DNA of 63,054 nt from an uncultured Alphaproteobacteria bacterium (GTDB taxonomy: Bacteria; Pseudomonadota; Alphaproteobacteria; CAAHEQ01; UBA3637). Both the position numbers and the translations under genes were made by a program. The notes under the pieces are model-generated. The model was given only the letters and a program-made list of their open reading frames with translations, did no database searches and was not told the origin of the DNA. The stretch's first letter is position 1. Each line of letters begins with the position of its first letter. Shown here one piece after another: positions 1 through 10,198 of the stretch. The stretch lies in the NCBI GenBank assembly GCA_949286465.1, contig CASECI010000003.1:1-63054 (forward strand), written 5' to 3'.

Positions 1-274
1 CAGTTGTCCGGAAGTCATAGAATAAAGTTGTTGACTATCAAGAGCGGCGAGTTCCCATAAATGAACATCATGAATGGTGTCATTGGCTTTATATTTAGCA
101 AAAGCCCACATCAACCCCGCTACAGCAGATACAGATAAAACCCCAATGATGGCTAATACAGCCAGCATCTCTATCATACTGCGGCCCTGTTGAAAAAAGG
201 AAGAAGTGATTGAGTTTAAAGGATTATCTTTCCGAGGGGGGGGGGGTAATATTATTATTGTGAATGAAGTGCAT
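1..274 (-). CDS. Type IV prepilin-like N-terminal domain protein. Only the 5' part is in the window (it runs off the left edge). The best start codon is out of frame because of a G11 tract.
   Basis: The minus-strand frame is open from 237 to 1 and reads ...PRKDNPLNSITSSFFQQG|RSMIEMLAVLAIIGVLSVSAVAGLMWAFAKYKANDTIHDV... It has Gly at -1, Glu at +5 and a hydrophobic helix, and is clearly paralogous to the N-terminus of ORF 4624..6609. ATG 274-272 has AGGAGA 7 nt upstream (282-287) but is in another frame and stops at 226-224. The only in-frame ATG is 177-175, inside the helix. Confidence 0.6.
236..246. repeat. Homopolymeric G11 tract (C11 on the coding strand of the left-edge pilin-like gene)
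   Basis: I counted 11 consecutive G directly (236-246). It is the longest G/C homopolymer I saw in this AT-rich window. It lies 27 nt downstream of ATG 274. Confidence 0.95.
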
Positions 275-300
275 TTGAATTTCTCCTATCTATTCCTATT

Positions 301-329
301 TTATTAGGAGATTTTTCCCAGATTGTCAA
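301..329 (-). promoter_or_regulatory. Candidate sigma70-type promoter for the left-edge pilin-like gene
   Basis: On the minus strand: TTGACA (329-324), a 17-nt spacer, then TAATAA (306-301). It sits about 30 nt upstream of the AGGAGA/ATG. The -10 matches only 3 of 6 positions. Confidence 0.3.
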
Positions 330-418
330 ATTTATTTTCCAATAAAGATAATGCTTGAAAAAAATAGATAATGTGATAAAGATAAAGCATCGGTCTAATT
401 TCATAAAAGGAAAAGTAA

Positions 419-1180
419 ATGAGAAGAAAATTAATCGCTGGCAATTGGAAGATGAATGGTTTAACTCAGGATGGAGTTGCTTTAGCAAAGGGTTTGTCAG
501 ATTTATATAGAACTCTAACAAAACCTTCCTTTGATATGTTCATCGCACCACCTTTTACGCTTTTATCAAAAGTCGTAGAGACAGCAAAAGAATCTGGAAT
601 TTGGGTTGGGGGTCAGGATTGTTCTATGTATGATTCTGGAGCACATACAGGTGATGTCAGTCCTGTAATGCTGAAAGATTTGGGCTGTGGTGGTGTGATT
701 GTTGGACATTCAGAACGTCGTGCAGATCATGGCGAAACGAATGACATCGTAAAAGCAAAGGCCGAAGCAGCATTAAAAGCAGGGTTAGGTGTTATTATTT
801 GTGTTGGGGAGACTTTGGCAGAAAGAGAAGCTGGAAAGACTTTAGATGTCGTGGGTTCTCAAATTAAAGGCTCTGTTCCTGAAGGAGCTAAAGCAGGTCA
901 TGTTGTTATTGCATACGAACCTGTCTGGGCAATTGGAACAGGAAAAACGCCAACAACAGATGATGTTCAAGAAGTTCATGCATTTATGCGTCAAAAATTG
1001 GCTGGTTTGCTGGGTGAAGAAACGGCACAACAAATGCAATTGTTGTACGGCGGTTCGGTAAAACCGAGTAATGCGAAAGAATTGTTAAGCTTGCCGGATG
1101 TGGACGGTGCTTTGGTCGGCGGTGCCAGTTTGAAAGTTGATGATTTCTGGGCAATTGCTTCGACTCAGTTGAGTGCGTAA
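419..1180 (+). CDS. tpiA: Triosephosphate isomerase
   Basis: 253 aa. Contains AGNWKMN, VGHSERR and AYEPVWAIGTG, the classical TIM motifs. Confidence 0.95.
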   Translation: MRRKLIAGNWKMNGLTQDGVALAKGLSDLYRTLTKPSFDMFIAPPFTLLSKVVETAKESGIWVGGQDCSMYDSGAHTGDVSPVMLKDLGCGGVIVGHSERRADHGETNDIVKAKAEAALKAGLGVIICVGETLAEREAGKTLDVVGSQIKGSVPEGAKAGHVVIAYEPVWAIGTGKTPTTDDVQEVHAFMRQKLAGLLGEETAQQMQLLYGGSVKPSNAKELLSLPDVDGALVGGASLKVDDFWAIASTQLSA

Positions 1181-1193
1181 TAGGTCTCAAAGA

Positions 1194-1877
1194 ATGGTTA
1201 TTTTACTAAAAGTAACAGCTTGCATGCTTTTGATGGGATTGATTTCTTTTCCATCTTATGCAACAGATGCGCGCTTTAAGGCATGCCTTGAGCAATTTCC
1301 GCAAGAAATTAATTTACTTGATTCAGTCGATGAATTATCGCATCCGGTAGAAAAAAAGCAAATAACTGACTACGAGGTAAAAATACCGGGAATGGGTTAT
1401 GGAGTCTATTATCAAGGGCGTCTAGTGATCAAAAATGATTTAAATGGAGAGGTTGGGCCTATGTGTCAGATCAGCTTTTTTGTTTATTCGGCGGAGATGA
1501 ATCCTGAAACAAAAATGATCCCTTTGTCACGAGAAGCTCAAGTCGAGCATTTAATTTTATCAACGGCTGCTCTGGGAGAAACATCAGGTCGAACCAGAAA
1601 AAAGCTGGACTCTATGACTAACAATATACCCGAGAATGCGCAGTTAATGGCTTTGTTCAGTGAGACAACTGTGGATGACATGTCGTTTGTGGTAGCGACA
1701 AGCTTATACGAAAATGAAACGGAACGTATTCTGATCGGTTCTTATCAAAAACATTATTTGAAAACCTTGTTGACTTGTGATAGTTTGGGAGATATAGAAG
1801 CAGACAAGAAATACATGTCGATAATTACCCCTAACTTCATGGAAGAAGCAGTTCATGCATTGAAAAAATGCCAATAA
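1194..1877 (+). CDS. Hypothetical secreted protein
   Basis: The ORF track starts at GTG 1173. ATG 1194 gives MVILLKVTACMLLMGLISFPSYA|TDA, which is signal-peptide-like. I recognised no family. Confidence 0.5.
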   Translation: MVILLKVTACMLLMGLISFPSYATDARFKACLEQFPQEINLLDSVDELSHPVEKKQITDYEVKIPGMGYGVYYQGRLVIKNDLNGEVGPMCQISFFVYSAEMNPETKMIPLSREAQVEHLILSTAALGETSGRTRKKLDSMTNNIPENAQLMALFSETTVDDMSFVVATSLYENETERILIGSYQKHYLKTLLTCDSLGDIEADKKYMSIITPNFMEEAVHALKKCQ

Positions 1878-1893
1878 GAGAAAGGAAATGTAA

Positions 1894-2232
1894 ATGTATA
1901 CAGTAATATTAATTATTCATATTATTTTAGCCGTTTTCTTGGTGGGTTTGGTTTTACTGCAACGTTCGGAGGGCGGTGCTTTGGGCGGTCTTGGCGGCGG
2001 AACCGGAGCCAGTTTCATGACGGGCCGTGCTGTCGGCAATATGCTTACGAAAATGACAGCTATCATTGCCGCTTTGTTTGTTGTTACAAGCTTGACATTG
2101 GGTATTTTAGCTAAACAAGATGTTAAAGAAGAAAGTTTATTAGCTGATTTGCCTGTTCAATCTTCTATGCCTGTTTCAACGCCGGTATCGATTCCTACAC
2201 CGGCATCAGTTCCTTCGGATACAGCACAGTAA
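1894..2232 (+). CDS. secG: Preprotein translocase subunit SecG
   Basis: 112 aa with two TM helices and the [12 protein letters not shown] motif typical of SecG. Its position after tpiA is a common arrangement. Confidence 0.85.
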   Translation: MYTVILIIHIILAVFLVGLVLLQRSEGGALGGLGGGTGASFMTGRAVGNMLTKMTAIIAALFVVTSLTLGILAKQDVKEESLLADLPVQSSMPVSTPVSIPTPASVPSDTAQ

Positions 2233-2245
2233 TAAGGAGAGGATA

Positions 2246-3067
2246 ATGCAAAAGCATGTTTCTGTCGGGAATGTTATTTTCGGCAACGATTTACCTTTTG
2301 TCTTAATTGCTGGGCCTTGCCAGATGGAAAGTAAAGAGCATGGTTTTGAAATGGCTCAGGCTTTAAAAGAGTTAACAGATAAATTAGGGATACCTTTTAT
2401 ATTTAAAGCTTCTTTCGATAAAGCAAACCGGACTTCTTTAAAAGGAGTGCGAGGTATGGGATTAGAAAAAGGTCTCGAGGCTTTTACAGAGATTAAATCT
2501 AAAGTAGGTTGTCTGACTCTGACTGATATTCATGAACCGTATCAATGTTCATTGGCTGCAAATGTTGTTGATGTCTTACAAATTCCAGCCTTTTTATGTC
2601 GACAGACTGATTTGTTAGTTGCAGCAGCTAAAACAGGAGCAGTCATTAATGTTAAAAAAGGACAGTTTTTGGCACCATGGGATATGAAAAATGTTGCTAG
2701 TAAAATTGCAGATTCAGGAAATGAAAAAATTTTATTGACAGAAAGGGGCGTTTCTTTTGGATATAATACATTGGTTGTTGATATGCGTTCTATGCCAATT
2801 ATGAAAGAGACGGGATATCCTGTTATTATTGATGCGACACATGCTGTTCAACAACCAGGAGGGCAAGGAGCTTCTAGTGGCGGGGATCGTCGTTATGCAC
2901 CTGTTATTGCGAATGCAGCGTTGTCCACGGGTATTGCCGGGGTGTTTGTTGAAACGCATAAAGATCCAGATAAGGCCCCAAGTGATGGTCCGAATATGAT
3001 TGTGTTTAAGGATTTGGAAAATATATTGAAAAAAATGATGGCTTTTGATAAGATTGCCAAAAGCTAA
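2246..3067 (+). CDS. kdsA: 3-deoxy-8-phosphooctulonate (KDO8P) synthase
   Basis: 273 aa. [16 protein letters not shown] and [14 protein letters not shown] closely resemble E. coli KdsA. The Cys in GPCQ suggests the metal-dependent class. Confidence 0.9.
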   Translation: MQKHVSVGNVIFGNDLPFVLIAGPCQMESKEHGFEMAQALKELTDKLGIPFIFKASFDKANRTSLKGVRGMGLEKGLEAFTEIKSKVGCLTLTDIHEPYQCSLAANVVDVLQIPAFLCRQTDLLVAAAKTGAVINVKKGQFLAPWDMKNVASKIADSGNEKILLTERGVSFGYNTLVVDMRSMPIMKETGYPVIIDATHAVQQPGGQGASSGGDRRYAPVIANAALSTGIAGVFVETHKDPDKAPSDGPNMIVFKDLENILKKMMAFDKIAKS

Positions 3068-3094
3068 AAAAAAGTCGTATAAAAGGAGAAATAA

Positions 3095-4381
<1,287 letters not shown>

Positions 4382-4408
4382 AGATTGTTTTATTAATAAA
4401 TAAGAAAA

Positions 4409-4433
4409 CCGCCCTTAAAGGGCGGTTTTTTTT
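4409..4433 (+). terminator. Rho-independent terminator after eno
   Basis: CCGCCC (4409-4414), loop TTAAA, GGGCGG (4420-4425), followed by T8. Confidence 0.85.
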
Positions 4434-4623
4434 GATAAAGACAGAAACTTATTTTAGGTCTGTATAAAGTATGTCTTATCTTCGTGTTTCTAAATTAGAA
4501 AAGATGTACTTTTGTATGAGTATCTCAAAATATATCTACTTATTATCGCAATATACTTACAAGATTTTTTGTATGAGATGATTTATCTTAAGTAAAGAAA
4601 GGTAAAAATTTAGAGGTCTATAA

Positions 4624-6609
4624 ATGAAACAAAATCACAATCGGCAACATGGTCGAACATTATTAGAGATGTTAGGAGTACTCGCAATTATAGGCGTATT
4701 AAGCATAACAGCGTTAGTAGGTTTTACCTATGCGATGAATAAGAACCGAGCAAATACGACAATATACGATGTGATGCTGCGCGGGACGAATGTTCCGATG
4801 ATAGATGAGAACTATTATAGTAAGCCTTCAGGGTATGAGTTTCATTTTGCGGGCTTAGGGGATGGAACATACTATTCCATGTCGACGAAGAAGGATAGCG
4901 GTCGTTCATATTATGTAGAAGTGACGGGAGTCAGCTATCGCGTATGTGAACTCATCTTAAAGATGGAGCCGACGGACATAGACCAGATAGTAGTGAATAA
5001 TTCCGTTTATCAAGGGGACAGTGATATATGCGGAAGCACAGATGGTTTAGCGATGCGGTTCTGTTTTGGAAGTGATGGAACGATATGTAATGGGACAGGA
5101 ACCGGGGGTGGCACTAGTTCCGGTGGTATAGGTTCTGGAGGAGATGGTAGTTCTGGGAGTAGTTCAGGAGGCGGATCAGGTAATCTCTGTTCTGGAAAAG
5201 ATTGTGGTTCGCATGGAACATGTCAAAATGGAGTATGCGTATGTCAAGATGGATATAGTGGAATTGATTGCCGTATACCTCCAATTGACTTATGTCAGAA
5301 TGTAGAATGTGATAATTGTTTTGTTTGCGAATATGGAGAATGTGTTGCGGATACTTCTAATACTGAGTGTAATTGTGAGGATTGGGGAGGTTCCGTTGTA
5401 ACGGTAGCGGGAGGAAGTTGCTGTAATGAGTCTATAGAATGTTGTAAGGTAAATGCAACTGACTGTATGGAGGAGTGCGTTCCTACTGAAGAGAATTGTC
5501 CGACTGACTGCGAAAATATATTAAATCCAGAGAAAAAATGTTCAGATAATTCTGAAGGCTATTGGTCTGTTACAATTAAAGGAAAACCTTCAGGAACTGC
5601 TGACGGCTGTTGTCTGAATTGTATGGGAGAACCCATTCCTCAGGCTTATTGGGATGGCTCTCAAGGAAAGTGTTGTTTGAATCCTGTTTACGAAATTAAA
5701 GGAAAAACAGGAGAGTATTATTGTTGTGAAGAAAAAGATTCGCGACCGTATTATGGAGGAAGTTATACAGGAGTGCAATGTTGTGAGGACAATATAGTAT
5801 TGTCTAGTAAGAGTCCAGAAGAGACTACTTATCAATGTTGTAAGGGGACTGAATACCCTCAATATGAAAATGAAGAATATGGATATTATGCATGTTGTGA
5901 AGGAGAAGTTTATTCAGATCGTTATGGCGGAAAAGCGTGTTGTTGGAATAGTGATAATTACGATCCTTATAATTATAGTGGTGTCAAGCATAATAAATTA
6001 GTTTATCTATTAGATTCTAATAAGAATCAGACAAGTGAGCAAATTTGTTGTCCGACAGAAAAAGTCGAATGGAATAGTGAAACAGGAGAACAAGAGGTTG
6101 TGGAAATTTTAGAACCTTTATTTGGTCATTATGACGGATCGTATAAGTGTTGTGATGGCACGCCATATAAGGGAGGCTACCCTGATCATGTCCACTGTTG
6201 TCCGAAAGGAGGAACTGTTTTTAGAGATGTTGCTCCTTATGGAGGATATAATGCAACAGAGATTTGTTGTGAAGCGGGAACAACTTATTACTCGTACATG
6301 GGAGGATGCGCTGAGAACCCAACAAAAGAAGAGGGAGGTGGAAAATGTTGTCCTATTGGACATAAAGCATCATCCTTTGATGGTTGTTGTGAAAATGAAA
6401 CAGATATTGTAGTTAGCTATACATTTGCACATGGAGGACATTGTGCGGCAGGATACAGTACTGTATGTTGTCCACCGGGGTATTATGGAGGGTCTCAACA
6501 TCGGCAAGGTGGAGGAGTTAATATAATTAAATGTTGTCCTAATGGGGTTGATGAAGAAACTTGTATTAATTCTGATATAGGTATTGTTAAATCATCTGTT
6601 TATGGTTAA
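4624..6609 (+). CDS. Large cysteine-rich protein with a prepilin-type N-terminal leader, a Gly/Ser linker, an EGF-like module and CC-doublet repeats
   Basis: MKQNHNRQHG|RTLLEMLGVLAIIGVLSITALVGF has Gly at -1, Glu at +5 and a hydrophobic helix. The G/S-rich linker is at about 5092-5184. CSGKDCGSHGTCQNGVCVCQDGYSGIDC (5188-5271) has six-Cys EGF spacing. About 17 CC doublets follow. AGAGG lies 8 nt before the ATG. Confidence 0.75.
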   Translation: MKQNHNRQHGRTLLEMLGVLAIIGVLSITALVGFTYAMNKNRANTTIYDVMLRGTNVPMIDENYYSKPSGYEFHFAGLGDGTYYSMSTKKDSGRSYYVEVTGVSYRVCELILKMEPTDIDQIVVNNSVYQGDSDICGSTDGLAMRFCFGSDGTICNGTGTGGGTSSGGIGSGGDGSSGSSSGGGSGNLCSGKDCGSHGTCQNGVCVCQDGYSGIDCRIPPIDLCQNVECDNCFVCEYGECVADTSNTECNCEDWGGSVVTVAGGSCCNESIECCKVNATDCMEECVPTEENCPTDCENILNPEKKCSDNSEGYWSVTIKGKPSGTADGCCLNCMGEPIPQAYWDGSQGKCCLNPVYEIKGKTGEYYCCEEKDSRPYYGGSYTGVQCCEDNIVLSSKSPEETTYQCCKGTEYPQYENEEYGYYACCEGEVYSDRYGGKACCWNSDNYDPYNYSGVKHNKLVYLLDSNKNQTSEQICCPTEKVEWNSETGEQEVVEILEPLFGHYDGSYKCCDGTPYKGGYPDHVHCCPKGGTVFRDVAPYGGYNATEICCEAGTTYYSYMGGCAENPTKEEGGGKCCPIGHKASSFDGCCENETDIVVSYTFAHGGHCAAGYSTVCCPPGYYGGSQHRQGGGVNIIKCCPNGVDEETCINSDIGIVKSSVYG

Positions 6610-6671
6610 AGAGGAATGAGAGTAAATAAGAGTAAAAGATTTAGGCGGTTTTTGTAATCTTATTTTCAGTT

Positions 6672-6702
6672 TTTCATAAAAAAACTTTGCATTTTTATGA
6701 AA
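6672..6702. promoter_or_regulatory. Perfect 11-bp AT-rich inverted repeat between the pilin-like gene and yajC. It could be a weak terminator or an operator.
   Basis: TTTCATAAAAA (6672-6682), a 9-nt loop, then TTTTTATGAAA (6692-6702). It lies about 50 nt upstream of the yajC ATG. Confidence 0.3.
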
Positions 6703-6750
6703 TATGGTTATAGTGTGCTTATTTGTTAATAAAGTATTAATGAGGGATAA

Positions 6751-7122
6751 ATGTTTATTACATCTGCAATGGCGCAAGCAGTATCTCAACCAGAGGCTCA
6801 AGAGGCGGTGGCTTCTTTTTCTGGGATGAGGACCTTTGTTCAATTAGCTTTAATTTTTGTTATTTTTTATTTGTTCTTGATTCGTCCTCAACAGAAACAA
6901 GCAAAAGAACATGAAAAAATGCTTAACTCTATTGAAAAAGGGACACAAGTTGTTGTAGGTGGCTTAATAGGAAAAGTAGTAGAAATTTCAAACGATCAGG
7001 AAGTTTTGGTGGAAATCTCAACTGGTGTTCAGGTTAAAGTTCTTCGACCATATATTTCTCAAGTCATTCGTGAAATTGATATTATTGAAGATTCATCAAA
7101 ACGAAAATCAGAAAAGGAATAA
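6751..7122 (+). CDS. yajC: Preprotein translocase subunit YajC
   Basis: 123 aa with a single TM segment. LIRPQQKQAKEHEKML...GGLIGKVVEI is YajC-like, and the gene lies immediately upstream of secD. Confidence 0.85.
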   Translation: MFITSAMAQAVSQPEAQEAVASFSGMRTFVQLALIFVIFYLFLIRPQQKQAKEHEKMLNSIEKGTQVVVGGLIGKVVEISNDQEVLVEISTGVQVKVLRPYISQVIREIDIIEDSSKRKSEKE

Positions 7123-7125
7123 AAA

Positions 7126-8685
7126 ATGTTTGGTTATCCAAAATGGCGTGCTTGGGCAGTTATAGTTATCTCTGTTTTTGGGCTTGTTTTTAGTATTCCG
7201 AATTTTTTACCAAAGTCGGTTTATGACACAGTTCCTAAATCAATTCAATCATGGTGGCATCCAATGACTTTAGGATTGGATTTACAAGGAGGCTCTAGTT
7301 TGCTGCTTGAAGTGCAAATAGATGATTTGATTAACGAACGTTTAACTGGCTTAATGGATGCTACACGGAGTGGTTTACGAGAAAAAAGAATTAAGTTTGC
7401 TGGCCTAGGCGTTGATAAGGGTGTCATGAAAGTTAAAATATTAGATTCTTCTGACTTATATGACGCTAAGTCCTTAATTCAAGATCAAGAGAAAAACACA
7501 TATAATGTTGTTATGAATGAAAATGAACTTCAAGTAAGTTATACAGATGAAGCATTAACAGCATTAAAATCAAAGGCTGTCGATCAGTCTATTGAAATCG
7601 TTCGACGTCGTATTGATGAACTAGGAACTAAAGAACCTTCTATTCAAAGACAAGGTTCAGATCGAATCGTCTTGCAATTACCTGGTGTTCAAAATCCTGC
7701 TGAAGTTAAGGCATTATTAGGAAAAACAGCTAAAATGTCTTTCCATTTAGTAGATGAAGAAACAACCGTTCAAGATGCACAAAGAGGAAAGATTCCAGCA
7801 GATTCAATGTTATTAACAGGAGATGAGTATTTGGTTCTCAAACGTGCTGTTGTCGTTGGAGGGGATCGCTTAACTGATGCTTCTGTCGGTTATGGGGAGC
7901 GTGGAGAACCTGTTGTTAAATTTTCATTTGATGGAACTGGAGCAAAGGCTTTTGGAAAAGCAACTAGAGAAAATGTTGGACGCCGATTAGCAATTGTCTT
8001 AGATAATGAAATTATATCTGCTCCGGTTATTAATAGTCCTATTACAGGTGGTGAAGGCATTATTACAGGTAATTTCACAGTGGAAACGGCTAATAATTTG
8101 GCTATGATGCTTCGTTCTGGTGCTTTACCTGCTCCGTTAGAGGTTATAGAAGAACGTGTTGTGGGAGCTGGTTTAGGAACAGATTCTATTCACGCCGGAG
8201 CGATGGCTTGTGCAATTGGTTCTGTTCTTGTCTTTATCTTTATGTTAGCCGTTTATGGTCGTTTCGGTATGTTTGCGAATATTGCTTTGCTTGTTAATGT
8301 TCTTTTGTTAGTTGCTTTACTCAGTGCTTTAGGAGCTACGTTAACTTTGCCTGGATTAGCTGGTATCGCTTTGACCATTGGTATGGCTGTAGATAGCAAC
8401 GTTCTCATTTATGCTCGTATGAGAGATGAAGCTAAGTTAGGAAGATCCCCTCTACAAATAATTAATGCGGGATTTGAAAATTCTTTCTCAGCTATTTTCG
8501 ATGCCCAAATTACAACTTTGTTCGCTGCCATCGTTTTATTCTTTATGGGTTCTGGTCCCGTTAAAGGATTCAGTGTGACTTTGGGAATAGGTGTTGTTAC
8601 ATCATTATTTACAGCAGTGATGATTACTAAATTTTTAATTATGATTTGGTATACAGTTAGAAAACCTAAATCTATTCAAATATAG
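7126..8685 (+). CDS. secD: Protein translocase subunit SecD
   Basis: 519 aa with a large periplasmic domain plus a C-terminal six-TM bundle (GLAGIALTIGMAVDSNVLIYARMRDE). Confidence 0.93.
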   Translation: MFGYPKWRAWAVIVISVFGLVFSIPNFLPKSVYDTVPKSIQSWWHPMTLGLDLQGGSSLLLEVQIDDLINERLTGLMDATRSGLREKRIKFAGLGVDKGVMKVKILDSSDLYDAKSLIQDQEKNTYNVVMNENELQVSYTDEALTALKSKAVDQSIEIVRRRIDELGTKEPSIQRQGSDRIVLQLPGVQNPAEVKALLGKTAKMSFHLVDEETTVQDAQRGKIPADSMLLTGDEYLVLKRAVVVGGDRLTDASVGYGERGEPVVKFSFDGTGAKAFGKATRENVGRRLAIVLDNEIISAPVINSPITGGEGIITGNFTVETANNLAMMLRSGALPAPLEVIEERVVGAGLGTDSIHAGAMACAIGSVLVFIFMLAVYGRFGMFANIALLVNVLLLVALLSALGATLTLPGLAGIALTIGMAVDSNVLIYARMRDEAKLGRSPLQIINAGFENSFSAIFDAQITTLFAAIVLFFMGSGPVKGFSVTLGIGVVTSLFTAVMITKFLIMIWYTVRKPKSIQI

Positions 8686-8686
8686 G

Positions 8687-9679
8687 ATGGAAAAAATGAT
8701 AAATCTTGTCAAATTAATGGAACCTTCCAGGATAATTAATTTTATCGCTCAAAGTAGATACGCTTTTATTTTTTCTTTTATTTTAATTGCGGTATCAATT
8801 GGTTCGTTGGCTGTTAAGGGGTTGAATTATGGCATCGATTTCAGAGGAGGTATTTTGATTGAAGTTGAATCCTCTGAAATCATTGATATGGCCGATATGC
8901 GTGCTAAGATTCAAAAATTAAATTTTGATGAAGTTAATCTTCAATCTTTAGGGACTGCAGGAACAGAAATGATGATGCACGTCCTTGTGGATACAGAAGA
9001 TGAGCAAGCTCAAAATCAGGTGGTAAGTCAACTCAAAGAAACTTTGGGGCCTAATGTAGAGTATCGTCGTATTGAGGTTGTTGGTCCAAAAGTTGGAGCC
9101 GAATTATTTAGGAAAAGTATTTTGGCTTCTATTTGTGCTTTATTGGCTATTTCGATTTATATTTGGTTCCGGTTTGAGTGGCAATTTGCTTTATCTTGTT
9201 TAATTGCTTTAGCTTATGATTTAATTTTAACCGTTGGTATCTTTTCTGTATTTGGATTGGATTTTAATATGACAGTTATTGCGGGACTGCTATCTTTGGC
9301 CGGCTATACAACGAATGATAAAGTTGTGAATTTTGACCGTGTTCGTGAAAATTTAAAGCTTTATCGGAAAATGCCTATCCCAGAACTACTTAATAAAAGT
9401 ATGAATGAAACATTGTCTCGAACAATCTTAACTTCTATTACAACTATCATTGTCTTAATTATTTTGTTAGTAATGGGTGGGCCAACATTGTTCGGGTTCT
9501 CTATTTGCTTGCTTTTTGGTATTATTATTGGTACTTATTCTTCTCTTTATATAGCTGTTCCGCTCTTGCAATATTTTGATATTCGTAATGTCGGGGCAAA
9601 AGCAGCAGAAAGCGGGCCTTATGCAGAAGCTGCTAAATTTGAAATGCAAGCCAAAAAGGCACCTCTAAAAAATAAGTAA
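8687..9679 (+). CDS. secF: Protein translocase subunit SecF
   Basis: 330 aa. Contains GIDFRGG, and the TM bundle includes AGYTTNDKVVNFDRVRE. It directly follows secD. Confidence 0.93.
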   Translation: MEKMINLVKLMEPSRIINFIAQSRYAFIFSFILIAVSIGSLAVKGLNYGIDFRGGILIEVESSEIIDMADMRAKIQKLNFDEVNLQSLGTAGTEMMMHVLVDTEDEQAQNQVVSQLKETLGPNVEYRRIEVVGPKVGAELFRKSILASICALLAISIYIWFRFEWQFALSCLIALAYDLILTVGIFSVFGLDFNMTVIAGLLSLAGYTTNDKVVNFDRVRENLKLYRKMPIPELLNKSMNETLSRTILTSITTIIVLIILLVMGGPTLFGFSICLLFGIIIGTYSSLYIAVPLLQYFDIRNVGAKAAESGPYAEAAKFEMQAKKAPLKNK

Positions 9680-9714
9680 CAATAAATAATTTATCGAGAG
9701 AAAATAAAGAAAAG

Positions 9715-9763
9715 TTCATTTTATTTATGACAAGGTTTTTGTCATAAAAAAAATGAATTTTTT
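9715..9763 (+). terminator. Long AT-rich hairpin terminator after secF
   Basis: A 19-bp stem with one mismatch (9715-9733 pairs with 9739-9757), loop GGTTT, then T6. Confidence 0.6.
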
Positions 9764-9834
9764 CTTTTGTTTTATTTAAAAATAAGATACCCTATAAAAT
9801 AGTTTTGGTGTTTTTTATAGAAGGTAAACTGTAA

Positions 9835-10149
9835 ATGGCTGAAGTAATTGTAGAACCAAATGATGAATATGATATTCTCCAGAACGAAGATAATGAAATA
9901 TTAATCGCTTTGCGGGCTCGTATGGGCGGGGTAGAAGAGCCTCGTATTTTATATGATGGGCGTGATAAAATTTTATTTTATCGGAATGAAGATCAGACGA
10001 TTGTTTTTGAACAGATTGCACCAGATGTCGCTCAGGCAATTATGTTAGTTGATAAGGTTTTGTTTGTAGAGGTACGTGATGAAGCGATTGTTCGCGAATA
10101 TATGGTACCTCTTCAAAAGGTTCCTCGCATTCCTACAATTAAAGATTAA
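9835..10149 (+). CDS. Hypothetical small acidic protein
   Basis: 104-aa ORF flanked by terminators on both sides. I recognised no family. Confidence 0.45.
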   Translation: MAEVIVEPNDEYDILQNEDNEILIALRARMGGVEEPRILYDGRDKILFYRNEDQTIVFEQIAPDVAQAIMLVDKVLFVEVRDEAIVREYMVPLQKVPRIPTIKD

Positions 10150-10162
10150 AAATCTTTACTTT

Positions 10163-10191
10163 AAAAAAGAGGCTTTCAAAGCCTCTTTTTT
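10163..10191. terminator. Bidirectional terminator between the 9835 ORF and tyrS
   Basis: AAAAAAGAGGC-TTTCAAA-GCCTCTTTTTT, with an A-run and a T-run on either side. Confidence 0.8.
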
Positions 10192-10198
10192 GCTTCTT

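Noticed and set aside
255-521. 88-aa minus-strand ORF spanning the tpiA start and the upstream intergenic region
   Set aside because: It is low-complexity and AT-driven (rich in F, I, L, N and K). It overlaps the tpiA 5' end and the promoter/RBS region of the pilin-like gene. It has no RBS and I recognised no family.
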